Both the position numbers and the translations under genes were made by a program. A DNA stretch of 64,000 nt from Marsupella aquatica (Eukaryota > Plantae > Marchantiophyta). The stretch lies in assembly GCA_973895155.1 (NCBI GenBank), contig OZ316891.1:23993899-24057898 (forward strand), given 5' to 3'. This document shows, one piece after another, positions 35,054 through 46,906 of the stretch. The notes under the pieces were generated by a model. That model was not told the DNA's origin. It was given only the letters and a program-made list of their open reading frames with translations, and did not search any database. Position 1 is the stretch's first letter, and the number at the start of each line of letters is the position of its first letter.

Positions 35054-38000
35054 TGTGATGCCTAGACAGGAATCACTCGGCCGGTTAAGTGGGTAAAGCA
35101 GTAAGGCACCCTAGGAACACCTTAGTATAGTGACAAAACAAGGAAAATATAAACAATTAGGGGCAACCATGGAACCCGGGCAGAGGCCGGAGGTAAGGCT
35201 GAGGGTGAAAACCCGATTAGGGTTAGGGCGCGTTAAGCGTCGGCGGCTAGGAAGGATCAACGGGAAGAAGGACCGGCAGAGGAGAGGGGTAAGGAGCGCT
35301 TGCAGGAGATGGTGGCTCATTTGCGAGCACGAACTAGGCAGACGACTACGGGAGGCCAACTACTGTCAGCTGCTTAGGCAAGCACTCGGGGAGAGAATTG
35401 ATACCGACGATCGACCTAAGGAGGGTATGAGCAACGTCAATCAAGCGGCACATTTCTGGGGATGCCTGTTCGAACGGGCAACTGAGTACATCAAGACTTA
35501 CGAGGACGAGGAGTCAGAAAGGGCAGCTCGAGAACGGCAGGAGCTCGCTCGATTGTGGGAGCTGCAGAAGACGGCTTTCTTAGGAGGCGAACTCATCAAG
35601 GACGAGTTCCTGTGGACGCCTACTTCCAATCAACTCGACGATCTTCTGTTTTGCAAAGACAGCGTCGTCGGCATCCGAGAGGCCATCAAGAACTGCAACG
35701 ACATACACTGGGAATTAAAGGGTAGCACGAAAAGGTGGACCCGGGCAACGGTGCTAGGAGAAACCTCCACGGCAGCAGAGATGAAGAGGAAGGGGGCCGT
35801 CAACGATGAAGCCACCCCGGCAAAAAGAACGAGGTCGGCGGCACCAAAGAAGCCAGCCGAGCAGCAGAGCAGGAGGCAGGGAGAAGCCGAAGAGGAGGAG
35901 GTCGATCCCATCAAGGCCATTCCAACCAGGGATGACACCTGGAAGGGCTGGGCGGCAACCCTACCGGTGGAGGTGCAACTACATTTTGCACGGGAGGAGG
36001 ATGCATGCTTTACGGCCATGCAGACCAAGAAGTACCAAGGCTTCATGGCCGGATCCGGCTTGGAGGCCTTTGTAAGATTACCATGGCTGAAGCCGGAGGT
36101 ACCGGAGTCAGACCTATTAGAATTCGTGGGGTCATGGGAACCCGAGACCAATTGCACGAGGATATATGGGAAGGATTTCTATCTTACTCCCAAGGTGATT
36201 GCCGAAGTGTTTGGCTTGCCGATGGGCAATAAGACCAAAGTTGATACCAGGAAGACCTTGCCTGACAAGGAGTTCCGGTCGTTCCCCGGGCCATCAACAA
36301 AGAATGGCTTCTTCCGGAACACCTGCACCAACCCGCACATAGGAGAGATGATCGACTTCTTGCGGGTGACCATGCATTGTAACTTACCGAGGGCAGAGAT
36401 CGGCAAGGCACAGGTCTATCTGGCAGAAAGGCCAGACCCAAGCCGGGACTACAACGGGTACCTCCTCAACCAATTGAAGAAGATCTTAAAGGAGGAGCAG
36501 CAGGTAATCGGCATGGGGAGCGTGTCGCGGCTTGGCTATCACATGCCGCTGTTGTGCCGGTATGCCAGAGGTCAGACTTTTGCCCCGGTACTTCCCCTAC
36601 AGGTAAGGGCACCCGAGGAAGCTCCAACGCCGAGGCCGTTGGCTGAAAAGCCTCAACCACCTGTTAGTCCTACAATCGAGCAGGTGTTTAGGCCCAGGAA
36701 GGAAGACTTGCCGATGCAGCAACCAGGCATGCAGAGTCTGCTGAAACTACTCGAGAAAGAAAAGAAATCGGCATCGGCAACAACAACGGCAACGGCAACA
36801 ATGCAGGACACTACTACAGAGGTAGGCCTACACCGGCTCACAAGAGAAAACCCCTTTGCTGGAGACAAGAAGAGAATCAGGCCGGAATCCAAGCCAGGTG
36901 TTCGAATGTACGTGGGAACCTCAAGCTCCGAATCTGAGGCAGAATTGCCTGAAGCTCCTACCAAGGAAGAGGAGAGGGAGAAGCCGGACGTCCAAGAGGT
37001 AGAGGAGGCAGTGGAGGACTGCAGCCATGATAATTCCGGCTATGGGTCGGACCATCATGTTCCAGGAGTAAGGACCTGTGGCCGGTTTGTCCCCACACTT
37101 CCAAGGGTAGTGCGAGGGGACCCCAACCAGCAGAGTAGCCCTGAGTCTCCCCCACCAGATGTCGCTCCCCCGAGCTTCGACGGCATAAAACAGACGGTGC
37201 AGGAATTTCAGGAGCGAATCAAGCAGGAGGAAGAGGCCGCCCTGGCTAAGGAAAAGGATTTACCAGGAGGAGATTGGCCGGAGGACATCAGGCGGCTAGC
37301 CGAAAAAGGAAGCAAACCTCTAGCCACGATTGAAGAGATCCGCAGGATGGCGTGGGAGCAGAGGCCATGATGGGCGATGCCGATCACTTCTACTTACTCC
37401 ACCTACGCTAAGAATAGAGCCATGGAGTATGGTGAGATGTGTGGGGAACTTGCGCTCGGGATCTTTGGAGAGGAGTTGGAGGTAGGACCCTTTTTTCACA
37501 GGGAGCAGTTGGAGAAGCACCAATTAGAAGAAGCGGTGGCTTTAGAGAGAAGCAAGAAGGACGAGGTCATTCGACGGCTTAGGAGGATGGAAGCCGAGAT
37601 TGAAAATCTAAGGGCGGCCAAGAAAGCCCAAGATGAACTGCGGATTAAACGACATGAGCTGAACATCATGCAGGGGCAGTTGGACGCCGCGCAGGCTGAT
37701 AATCAGAATATCAAGGATAAACTGACTCAGACGCAGGAAGAGTTGGCTGACACGATCAAAGAGAGGGAGAAGTGGAAGCAAGAGCTGAAGAATACAGAGG
37801 AGGCCCACATAACAGCCAACAGCCGGGCCATGGCGGAGACCCAAAGAAAGGAATGGGCGTTGAAAGGGGAGCTCGAGAAAATCCGCGGAGCCCTTGAGCA
37901 GAAGGAGGTCGAGTTAGGGAAATCCTATCAAGGGATTATGGCGCTGCAGCAGGAGCTTGCGTCCCTGACGGCCAGCTTCAAGGCCGACCTAAGGGAGAAG

Positions 38001-39685
38001 GACGAGATGCTCGAACAGACTTACGCCAAGATGAACCAGATGGAGTCTGTCATCATTGCAGAGCTCGACAAGGAGCTAAGAGCAACCCAGGAGGAGAGGG
38101 CTACCTTGAAGAAGGAATTGGGGAGCAGGAGGAGGCCAAAAACGAGCTGGAGGGGGCACGTAAGGACCTGGATGAACCCAAGAGGAGTTGGAGGAAATCA
38201 CGAGGAAGATGGAGAACCTACAGCGGCGGGCCGACAACCAAACAGAGCGGCTGAAGAAACAAGCCGCAGTATTTAAATGCTTAGCTGCAGCAGGTCCATC
38301 TCCCGTTGGGACAAACCAGTTACCAAGGGTGGTAATTGCCGAAGGACAAGCCGCGTCAACTGCACCAGTGCCGGAAGTAAGTGGGAAGGGGAAGGGACCA
38401 GCTGCCGAGCCACCAACGAAGAAGAAGCGGAAACCTCCAGGGTCAAGGAGTAATACGACTTCACAGGCCGTGGTGATCAAGGAGGTAGACCCAGCACCGA
38501 CCCCAGACAGGGTCACGGCTAAGGATCCAACTACCCTAGGGGAAGGGGAGGCCGAAGCCGTGGGAGTGGCTGAGGCCGAAGCCGTGGGTATTGCCGAGGC
38601 CGGTGTCAAGGCTGAAGCCGAAGGTGGACCCAGTCAGGCCGATGGAGAGTTGACTCGGTCAAGGGCAGGTAATCTGTCAGTAGGCGGGCCAACGGCAGTG
38701 GCTGAGGAGGAAGTGTTGGGGGCGTCCATTGAGGATCCACCACCGGTGTCGTGACGGTGCAAGGGCGCCGTTCCTTTTAGGGAGGGCGGACGTGGAGGGA
38801 GGAGGCGTGAGTGGGCAGGGCGGGCGCGGATCTCCACGTTTAGGATTAGGATCAGAACCAGGAGCGGCCCTGACACTTAGCTTAGTGGGATTGCGGTTCC
38901 ACTGGTAGGAGCAACACTTGTGCTCCTGCCTTGCTGTACATAGGTAGATTCGGGCAAGTAGATTACTGTCAGGTAGATTAGGCTTACGATGCAAAGAATG
39001 GCGGATCCACTACCAGGATAAGTACCTGGGCAGCGGGGAGCTCAGGGCCTCTTCTTTAGCAAGTTTTTAGTTTGCACCAGCCGGGCTGGGATCAAGTAGT
39101 ACGAGAAGCTCTCGGTTAGTCATACAGTGACCCTTGTGTATATTCATGTTTCCTCATGCCTAAGAGCTGAATAGAGTTGGCCTCACGGCTTAGTTCGCAG
39201 AACTTGTGTATGAGATGTACTGTTTGTATGGCAAGTGCATGGTATGACTCAGTCAGAATGAGTCATTTTGCTATTTGTGTGTCGCATTAACTTGTGTGAA
39301 GAGTGCCCACATCAACTAATAGATGAAGGGAAGTAAGCAAGGGAGTCAGTGAGAGTTGGATGTGTCGAGCTGAGAGAGGTCTTAGCGGCTTAACCAAGCC
39401 TATTGGGGATCATTCCGGCGGCGGAATCCAAACATACCTAACAAGACGGAGGGGAAGACAGGGGAAGACAAGGGAAGGCCTATATTAGGCCGGCTACGTA
39501 TCTCATGACCCGATGAAGGATCTGTCCAGTATATGTGTGTAAAATGTTAATAGTAGTAGTAGACGGAAGTTAGCAGCGTCCCATGCCGCTAAGCCGCGGA
39601 AACGGCCTTGCCGAGGACGAAACCTGCGGGAATCGGCTTGAGCAGGGGGTTTTCTTGGGTTTGGAGAGCCATGGGACGCACCACA
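35054..39685 (+). repeat. Solo LTR (LTR4), chimeric, no TSD
   Basis: TGTGATGCC...CACCACA termini. Flanks GTACC and CTCCC differ, and the 3' ~370 bp carry variants absent from other copies. Confidence 0.9.
35169..38754 (+). pseudogene. LTR-encoded ORF copy with stop at 37368-37370 and deletions near 38120-38180; likely true start ATG 35427
   Basis: 746+299+188-aa ORFs. TATAAA at 35148. Confidence 0.85.
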
Positions 39686-40327
39686 CTCCCATATATGAAG
39701 GAGAAGTTGGCAGAGATTGATGCCTTGTTGGGTCGGGGTGAGAGTGTTTTGCACTTCCCAGAGGCCACCGGTGACATGCGCACCTTGGTTCATGGTCCAT
39801 TACTTACAGTCACAACTCGAACAGCCATGTGGTCAAAGGGGAGGCATTTCCAAGTTGAACATCTTGATATGAAGAGGGCACCAACACAAGATTGTGGGGT
39901 GATGGGGTGGTTCATCCAAGATTCACAGAGTAGCACATCTAATAGAAATCCCATACGTAGTACTGTGGCACACTATGGGAAAATTGAGGAGATTCTTACC
40001 ATCAAGTATCAACAACATACAACCTTGGAGGAGGTGGTGTTGAAGTGCAAGTGGTTTTGAATGAATCTAGTCGGCCACAACCGGACTTGTGAAGAGGATG
40101 CTTGTGGTTTCACACGGTTGAAGACAAGTGCACGTAGTGTTGTTAGTTCCAGTTGGAGAACGTTAGATCCATTTGCATTTCCCCATCATTTGGAGCAAGC
40201 ATTTTATCTTCCCTATCCGGATGACCCAGAGTGGTCCATTGTCATGCCTTACATCCCTTGCTCGCGATCCACCGTTCAGGATCAACCAAATGTAGTCATA
40301 GTGGAGGATTTGGACCCCTCTCTATAG
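39686..40327 (+). pseudogene. C-terminal (DUF4216-like) remnant of a second CACTA TnpD
   Basis: SKGRHF.V...TQDCGV...HYGKIEEIL...VVLKCKWF*...DACGF...DPFAFPHHLEQAFYL..PDDPEWSIV, with an internal stop. Confidence 0.75.
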
Positions 40328-41484
40328 TACATGCAACCCTAGGTAGGTAAAACCCCTCTATGGTTTCCTTCTATTGGCATTAATGAATCATATATATATC
40401 TGGTTCTACCTATTATAACAATTACTCCACACATATATGTACCTCAAAAGATTAACATGCATGCAAGCTTCAAATATGAATTTCTTGAATGAATGATATA
40501 TTGTTCACTCAAGTCCTTTGATCAGATGGAAATTGTCGTATAGTGCTAAGTATCAAAAGTGACTCTCCTCACCTAAAACCAGGGTTTCGATCCCTTTAAG
40601 AACAGATTTCAGAATGAATTGTATAACTTTTATCACTCCGAGTGATTTAGAGTCTTGAGCTCTATGTTGACTTCACTTCTCAATAAAAAAATCGAATAAA
40701 CAAACAACAAAGTAACTGAACTTCTGATTTATGAATTAGAGAAGAAATGAGTAAGGATTTAGAGACTACAAGCTACTGCCACTCCTTCAGAAAGGATTTG
40801 GGCTCAGTATAGACATGAAATCTATCTCATAATTCATCCATCTCACTCTTCAAAACACAAAGGTTAATGATAATGGAATTCTCAATCTGATGAAGCAGAA
40901 GCTTTCTGATTGCAAATGAATGATATGATTTAAAATGCCGTCAACATGGTTTGACATCAGCGATACGCAATTCAGTCAAACTCTAAACCATATTCCAGAA
41001 TCAAAGCAACAGTACTAACTACTCTGAGAATCAGAATTTACTTCTCATTTATCATTAACTATTCTTGAATTGGCTAGCGAATCCCGACTCTGCAAGCAAG
41101 CCTAGCAGTGAATTCAATACGAGTTTCAGAAATCTGCAACTGAATTCAATCACCACAGGAATCTCTTGAATTCAATCTTAACTTCAATCAATATAGCTTT
41201 ACTTCCATACAAAACACTCACAGCATGCCTTGTTACAATGGAAGGAGGAGAAAACTATTCAGAAGACTCAATTCTGAATACAGTATTAACTCTATTTCTC
41301 TCTACTTCAAATGAGCATTCTACTCTGTCTTATAAGTGCTGGAATCCTAAAATGGAGGAGGTAAGAACAGTCGTGCCTTTCCAAGCTTAAAACTAAACAA
41401 GGGAGAAGCACAGCATAAGTACTTCAACAAGGGTGGTAGAATACTACTTTACTAGTAATCTACTTCAAAAACTAAGTGTTGAGC

Positions 41485-41752
41485 GGACGCTGCTAGAAGC
41501 GTCGGGAGAATCTGGACGCTGCTAGAAGCGTCTTAAGTAAAACCAACGGACGCTGCTCACACTGCTCACAGCGTCAATACTAGGGTGGACGCTGCTCATA
41601 GCGTCGTGTGTTGAAGCTGACGCTTTCCACAGCGTCGGTCGAAATCCTCATAGAGTCTTGGTGGCGGTCGGGCACTGCCAAAAGCGTCATGAGGAGGTTG
41701 GACGCTTCCGCAGCGTCTTGAGTAAAAGAAACGGGCGCTGGTCACAGCGTCG
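41485..41752. repeat. Array of ~8 palindromic GACGCT-N4-6-AGCGTC motifs within an LTR-like non-coding segment (~40530-41860)
   Basis: GACGCTGCTAGAAGCGTC twice, GACGCTGCTCATAGCGTC, GACGCTTTCCACAGCGTC, GACGCTTCCGCAGCGTC and others. Confidence 0.7.
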
Positions 41753-42270
41753 GGCAAAGTACACTAGGAATCGTCAGGAAAGCCGGAGATGTCAAATATT
41801 TCTATAAGTGTCCAGAACAAGTAAATGTTGGCCGGAAGGTGTCTAAAGTGTAAGTAAATCTTGTGATATGCTAAAAATAAACAAGTTTCCAGAAAAAATT
41901 GCAGGGACACCCATACCACAGAAATCCTCCATGCATGCATACTGAAAATTTCCCATCTTTCCCATACCCTTTCCCATGTTTCAAATAACCAAAACCATCA
42001 AACCTTCACCTAAAACATTCAAAAAACCAAAAACCCGGTCTATCCGATATTCACCGCATCGAACCACATTTGCCATACTAACCACATCGGACCTATTTCC
42101 CATCTTTCTTGTGTCGGATACGCACTGCCATACCTCAGCCATCGGACCACCTTTGGAAGGTGTTGCCATTTTATAACTATTGGAATATTTCCGATATGTT
42201 TTGTATCGGATCTAGGATGCCATCTAATGGGTATCGGACACCTCCATAGAACATTTTGAACCTAAGTCTG

Positions 42271-45200
42271 TGTGGTGCGTCCCATGGCTCCCTAAACCCA
42301 AGAAACCCCCCAGCTCAAGCCGATTCCCGCAGGTTTCGTGCTTGGCGAGGCCGTTTCCGCGGCTTAGCGGCATGGGACGCTGCTAACCTTCTACTACTAC
42401 TATTAACATTTTACACACATATACTGGACAGATCCTTCATCGGGTCATGAGATACGTAGCCGGCCTAATATAGGCCTTCCCCTGTCTTCCCCTGTCTTCC
42501 CCTCCGTCTTGTTAGGTATGTTTGGATTCCGCCGCCGGAATGATCCCCAATAGGCTTGGTTAAGCCGCTAAGACCTCTCTCAGCTCGACACATCCAACTC
42601 TCACTCCCCTGCTTACTTTCCTTCCTTCTGTTGATGTGGGCACTCTTCACACAAGTTAATGCGACACACAAATAGCAAAATGACTCATTCTGACTGAGTC
42701 ATACCATGCACTTGCCATACAAACAGTACATCTCATACACAAGTTCTGCGAACTAAGCCGTGAGGCCAACTCTATTCAGCTCTTAGGCATGAGGAAACAT
42801 GAATATACACAAGGGTCACTGTATGACTAACCGAGAGCTTCTCGTACTACTTGATCCCAGCCCGGCTGGTGCAAACTAAAAACTTGCTAAAGAAGAGGCC
42901 CTGAGCTCCCCGCTGCCCAGGTACTTATCCTGGTAGTGGATCTGCCATTCTTTGCATCGTAAGCCTAATCTACTTAACAGTAATCTACTTGCCCGAATCT
43001 ACCTATGTACAGCAAGGCAGGAGCACAAGTGTTGCTCCTACCAGTGGGACCGCAATCCCACTAAGCTAAGTGTCAGGGCCGCTCCTGGTTCTGATCCTAA
43101 TCCTAAACGTGGAGATCCGCGCCCGCCCTGCCCACTCACGCCTCCTCCCTCCACGTCCGCCCTCCCTAAAAGGAACGGCGCCCTTGCACCGTCACGACAC
43201 CGGTGGTGGATCCTTAATGGACGCCCCCAACGCTTCCTCCTCAGCCACTGCCGTAGGTTCATTCTCTGACAGATTACCTGCCCTTGACTGAGTCAACTCT
43301 CCATCGGCCTGACTGGGTCCACCTTCGGCTTCAGCCTCGACACCGGCCTCGGCAATACCCACGGCTTCGGCCTCAGCCACTCCCACGGCTTCGGCCTCCC
43401 CTTCCCCTAGGGTAGTTGGATCCTTAGCCGTGACCCTGTCTGGGGTCGGTGCTGGGTCTACCTCCTTGATCACCACGGCCTGTGAAGTCGTATTACTCCT
43501 TGACCCTGAAGGTTTCCGCTTCTTCTTCGTTGGTGGCTCAGCAGCTGGTCCCTTCCCCTTCCCACTTACTTCCGGCACTGGTGCAGTTGGCGCGGCTTGT
43601 CCTTCGGCAATTACCACCCCTGGTAACTGGTTTGTCCCAACGGGAGATGGACCTGCTACAGCTAAGCATTTAAATACTGCGGCTTGTTTCTTCAGCCGCT
43701 CTGTTTGGTTGTCGGCCCGCCGCTGTAGGTTCTCCATCTTCCTCATGATTTCCTCCAACTCCTCTTGGGTTTCATCCAGGTCCTTACGTGCCCCCTCCAG
43801 CTCGTTTTTGGCCTCCTCCTGCTCCCTGTGGGCTTCCTCCAATTCCTTCTTCAAGGTAGCCCTCTCCTCCTGGGTTGCTCTTAGCTCCTTGTCGAGCTCT
43901 GCAATGATGACAGACTCCATCTGGTTCATCTTGGCGTAAGTCTGTTCGAGCATCTCGTCCTTCTCCCTTAGGTCGGCCTTGAAGCTGGCCGTCAGGGACG
44001 CAAGCTCCTGCTGCAGCGCCATAATCCCTTGATAGGATTTCCCTAACTCGACCTCCTTCTGCTCAAGGGCTCCGCGGATTTTCTCGAGCTCCCCTTTCAA
44101 CGCCCATTCCTTTCTTTGGGTCTCCGCCATGGCCCGGCTGTTGGCTGTTATGTGGGCCTCCTCTGTATTCTTCAGCTCTTGCTTCCACTTCTCCCTCTCT
44201 TTGATCGTGTCGGCCAACTCTTCCTGCGTCTGAGTCAGTTTATCCTTGATATTCTGATTATCAGCCTGCGCGGTGTCCAACTGCCCCTGCATGATGTTCA
44301 GCTCATGTTGTTTAATCCGCAGTTCATCTTGGGCTTTCTTGGCCGCCCTTAGATTTTCAATCTCGGCTCCCATCCTCCTAAGCCGCCGAATGACCTCGTC
44401 CTTCTTGCTTCTCTCTAAAGCCACCGCTTCTTCTAATTGGTGCTTCTCCAACTGCTCCCTGTGAAAAAAGGGTCCTACCTCCAACTCCTCTCCAAAGATG
44501 CCGAGCGCAAGTTCCCCACACATCTCACCATACTCCATGGCTCTATTCTTAGCGTAGGTGGAGTAAGTAGAAGTGATCGGCATCGCCCATCGTGGCCTCT
44601 GCTCCCAAGCCGTCCTGCGGATCTCTTCAATCGTGGCTAGAGATTTGCTTCCTTTTTCGGCTAGCCGCCTGATGTCCTCCGGCCAATCTCCTCCTGGTAA
44701 ATCCTTTTCCTTAGCCAGGGTGGCCTCTTCCTCCTGCTTGATTCGCTCCTGAAATTCCTGCACCGTCTGTTTTATGCCGTCGAAGCTCGGGGGAGCAACA
44801 TCTGGTGGGGGAGACTCAGGGCTACTCTGCTGGTTGGGGTCCCCTCGCACTACCCTTGGAAGTGTGGGGACAAACCAGCCACAGGTCCTTACTCCTGGAA
44901 CGTGATGGTCCGACCCATAGCCGGAATTATCATGGCTGCAGTCCTCCACTGCCTCCTCTACCTCTTGGACGTCCGGCTTCTCCCTCTCCTCTTCGTTGGT
45001 AGGAGCTTCAGGCAATTCTGCCTCAGATTCGGAGCTTGAGGTTCCCACGTACATTCGAACACCTGGCTTGGATTCCGGCCTGATTCTCTCCTTGTCTCCA
45101 GCAAAGGGGTTTTCTCTTGTGAGCCGGTGTAGGCCTACCTCTGTAGTAGTGTCCTGCATTGTTGCCGTTGCCGTTGTTGTTGCCGATGCCGATTTCTTTT

Positions 45201-46906
45201 CTTTCTCGAGTAGTTTCAGCAGACTCTGCATGCCTGGTTGCTGCATCGGCAAGTCTTCCTTCCTGGGCCTAAACACCTGCTCGATCGTAGGACTAACAGG
45301 TGGTTGAGGCTTTTCAGCCAACGGCCTCGGCGTTGGAGCTTCCTCGGGTGCCCTTACCTGCAGGGGAAGTACCGGGGCAAAAGTCTGACCTCTGGCATAC
45401 CGGCACAACAGCGGCATGTGATAGCCAAGCCGCGACACGCTCCCCATGCCGATTACCTGCTGCTCCTCCTTTAAGATCTTCTTCAATTGGTTGAGGAGGT
45501 ACCCGTTGTAGTCCCGGCTTGGGTCTGGCCTTTCTGCCAGATAGACCTGTGCCTTGCCGATCTCTGCCCTCGGCAAGTTACAATGCATGGTCACCCGCAA
45601 GAAGTCGATCATCTCTCCTATGTGCGGGTTGGTGCAGGTGTTCCGGAAGAAGCCATTCTTCATTGATGGCCCGGGGAACGACCGGAACTCCTTGTCAGGC
45701 AGGGTCTTCCTGGTATCAACTTTGGTCTTATTGCCTATCGGCAAGCCAAACACTTCGGCAATTACCTTGGGAGTAAGATAGAAATCCTTCCCATATATCC
45801 TCGTGCAATTGGTCTCGGGTTCCCATGACCCCACGAATTCTAATAGGTCTGACTCCGGTACCTCCGGCTTCAGCCATGGTAATCTTACAAAGGCCTCCAA
45901 GCCGGATCCGGCCATGAAGCCTTGGTACTTCTTGGTCTGCATGGCCGTAAAGCATGCATCCTCCTCCCGTGCAAAATGTAGTTGCACCTCCACCGGTAGG
46001 GTTGCCGCCCAGCCCTTCCAGGTGTCATCCCTGGTTGGAATGGCCTTGATGGGATCGACCTCCTCCTCTTCGGCTTCTCCCTGCCTCCTGCTCTGCTGCT
46101 CGGCTGGCCTCTTTGGTGCCGCCGACCTCGTTCTTTTTGCCGGGGTGGCTTCATCGTTGACGGCCCCCTTCCTCTTCATCTCTGCTGCCGTGGAGGTTTC
46201 TCCTAGCACCGTTGCCTGGGTCCACCTTTCCGTGCTACCCTTTAATTCCCAGTGTATGTCGTTGCAGTTCTTGATGGCCTCTCAGATGCCGACGATGCTG
46301 TCTTTGCAAAACAGAAGATCGTCGAGTTGATTGGAAGTAGGCGTCCACAGGAACTCGTCCTTGATGAGTTCGCCTCCTAAGAAAGCCGTCTTCTGCAGCT
46401 CCCACAATCGAGCGAGCTCCTGCCGTTCTCGAGCTGCCCTTTCTGACTCCTCGTCCTCGTAAGTCTTGATGTACTCAGTTGCCCGTTCGAACAGGCATCC
46501 CCCGAAATGTGCCGCTTGATTGACGTTGCTCATACCCTCCTTAGGTCGATTGTTGGTATCTACTCTCTCCCCGAGTGCTTGCCTAAGCAGCTGACAGTAG
46601 TTGGCCTCCCGTAGTCGTCTGCCTAGTTCGTGCTCGCAAATGAGCCACCATCTCCTGCAAGCGCTCCTTACCCCTCTCCTCTGCCGGTCCTTCTTCCCGT
46701 TGATCCTTCCTAGCCGCCGACGCTTAACGCGCCCTAACCCTAATCGGGTTTTCACCCTCAGCCTTACCTCCGGCCTCGGCCCGGGTTCCATGGTTGCCCC
46801 TAATTGTTTATATTTTCCTTGTTTTGTCCTTATACTAAGGTGTTCCTAGGGTGCCTTCCTGCTTTACCCACTTAACCGGCCGAGTGATTCCTGTCTAGGC
46901 ATCACA
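42271..46906 (-). repeat. 3' LTR of element B (LTR5, 4636 bp)
   Basis: Same termini as the other copies; preceded by the PPT. Confidence 0.92.
43192..46791 (-). pseudogene. LTR-encoded ORF, 1199 codons with one premature TGA (46284-46282)
   Basis: 169-aa and 1005-aa ORFs in the same frame. CGA>TGA relative to other copies. Confidence 0.88.

Noticed and set aside
39608-39685. N-terminus of the 150-aa ORF at 39608
   Set aside because: It is LTR sequence read through into the TnpD remnant, not a genuine fusion gene.
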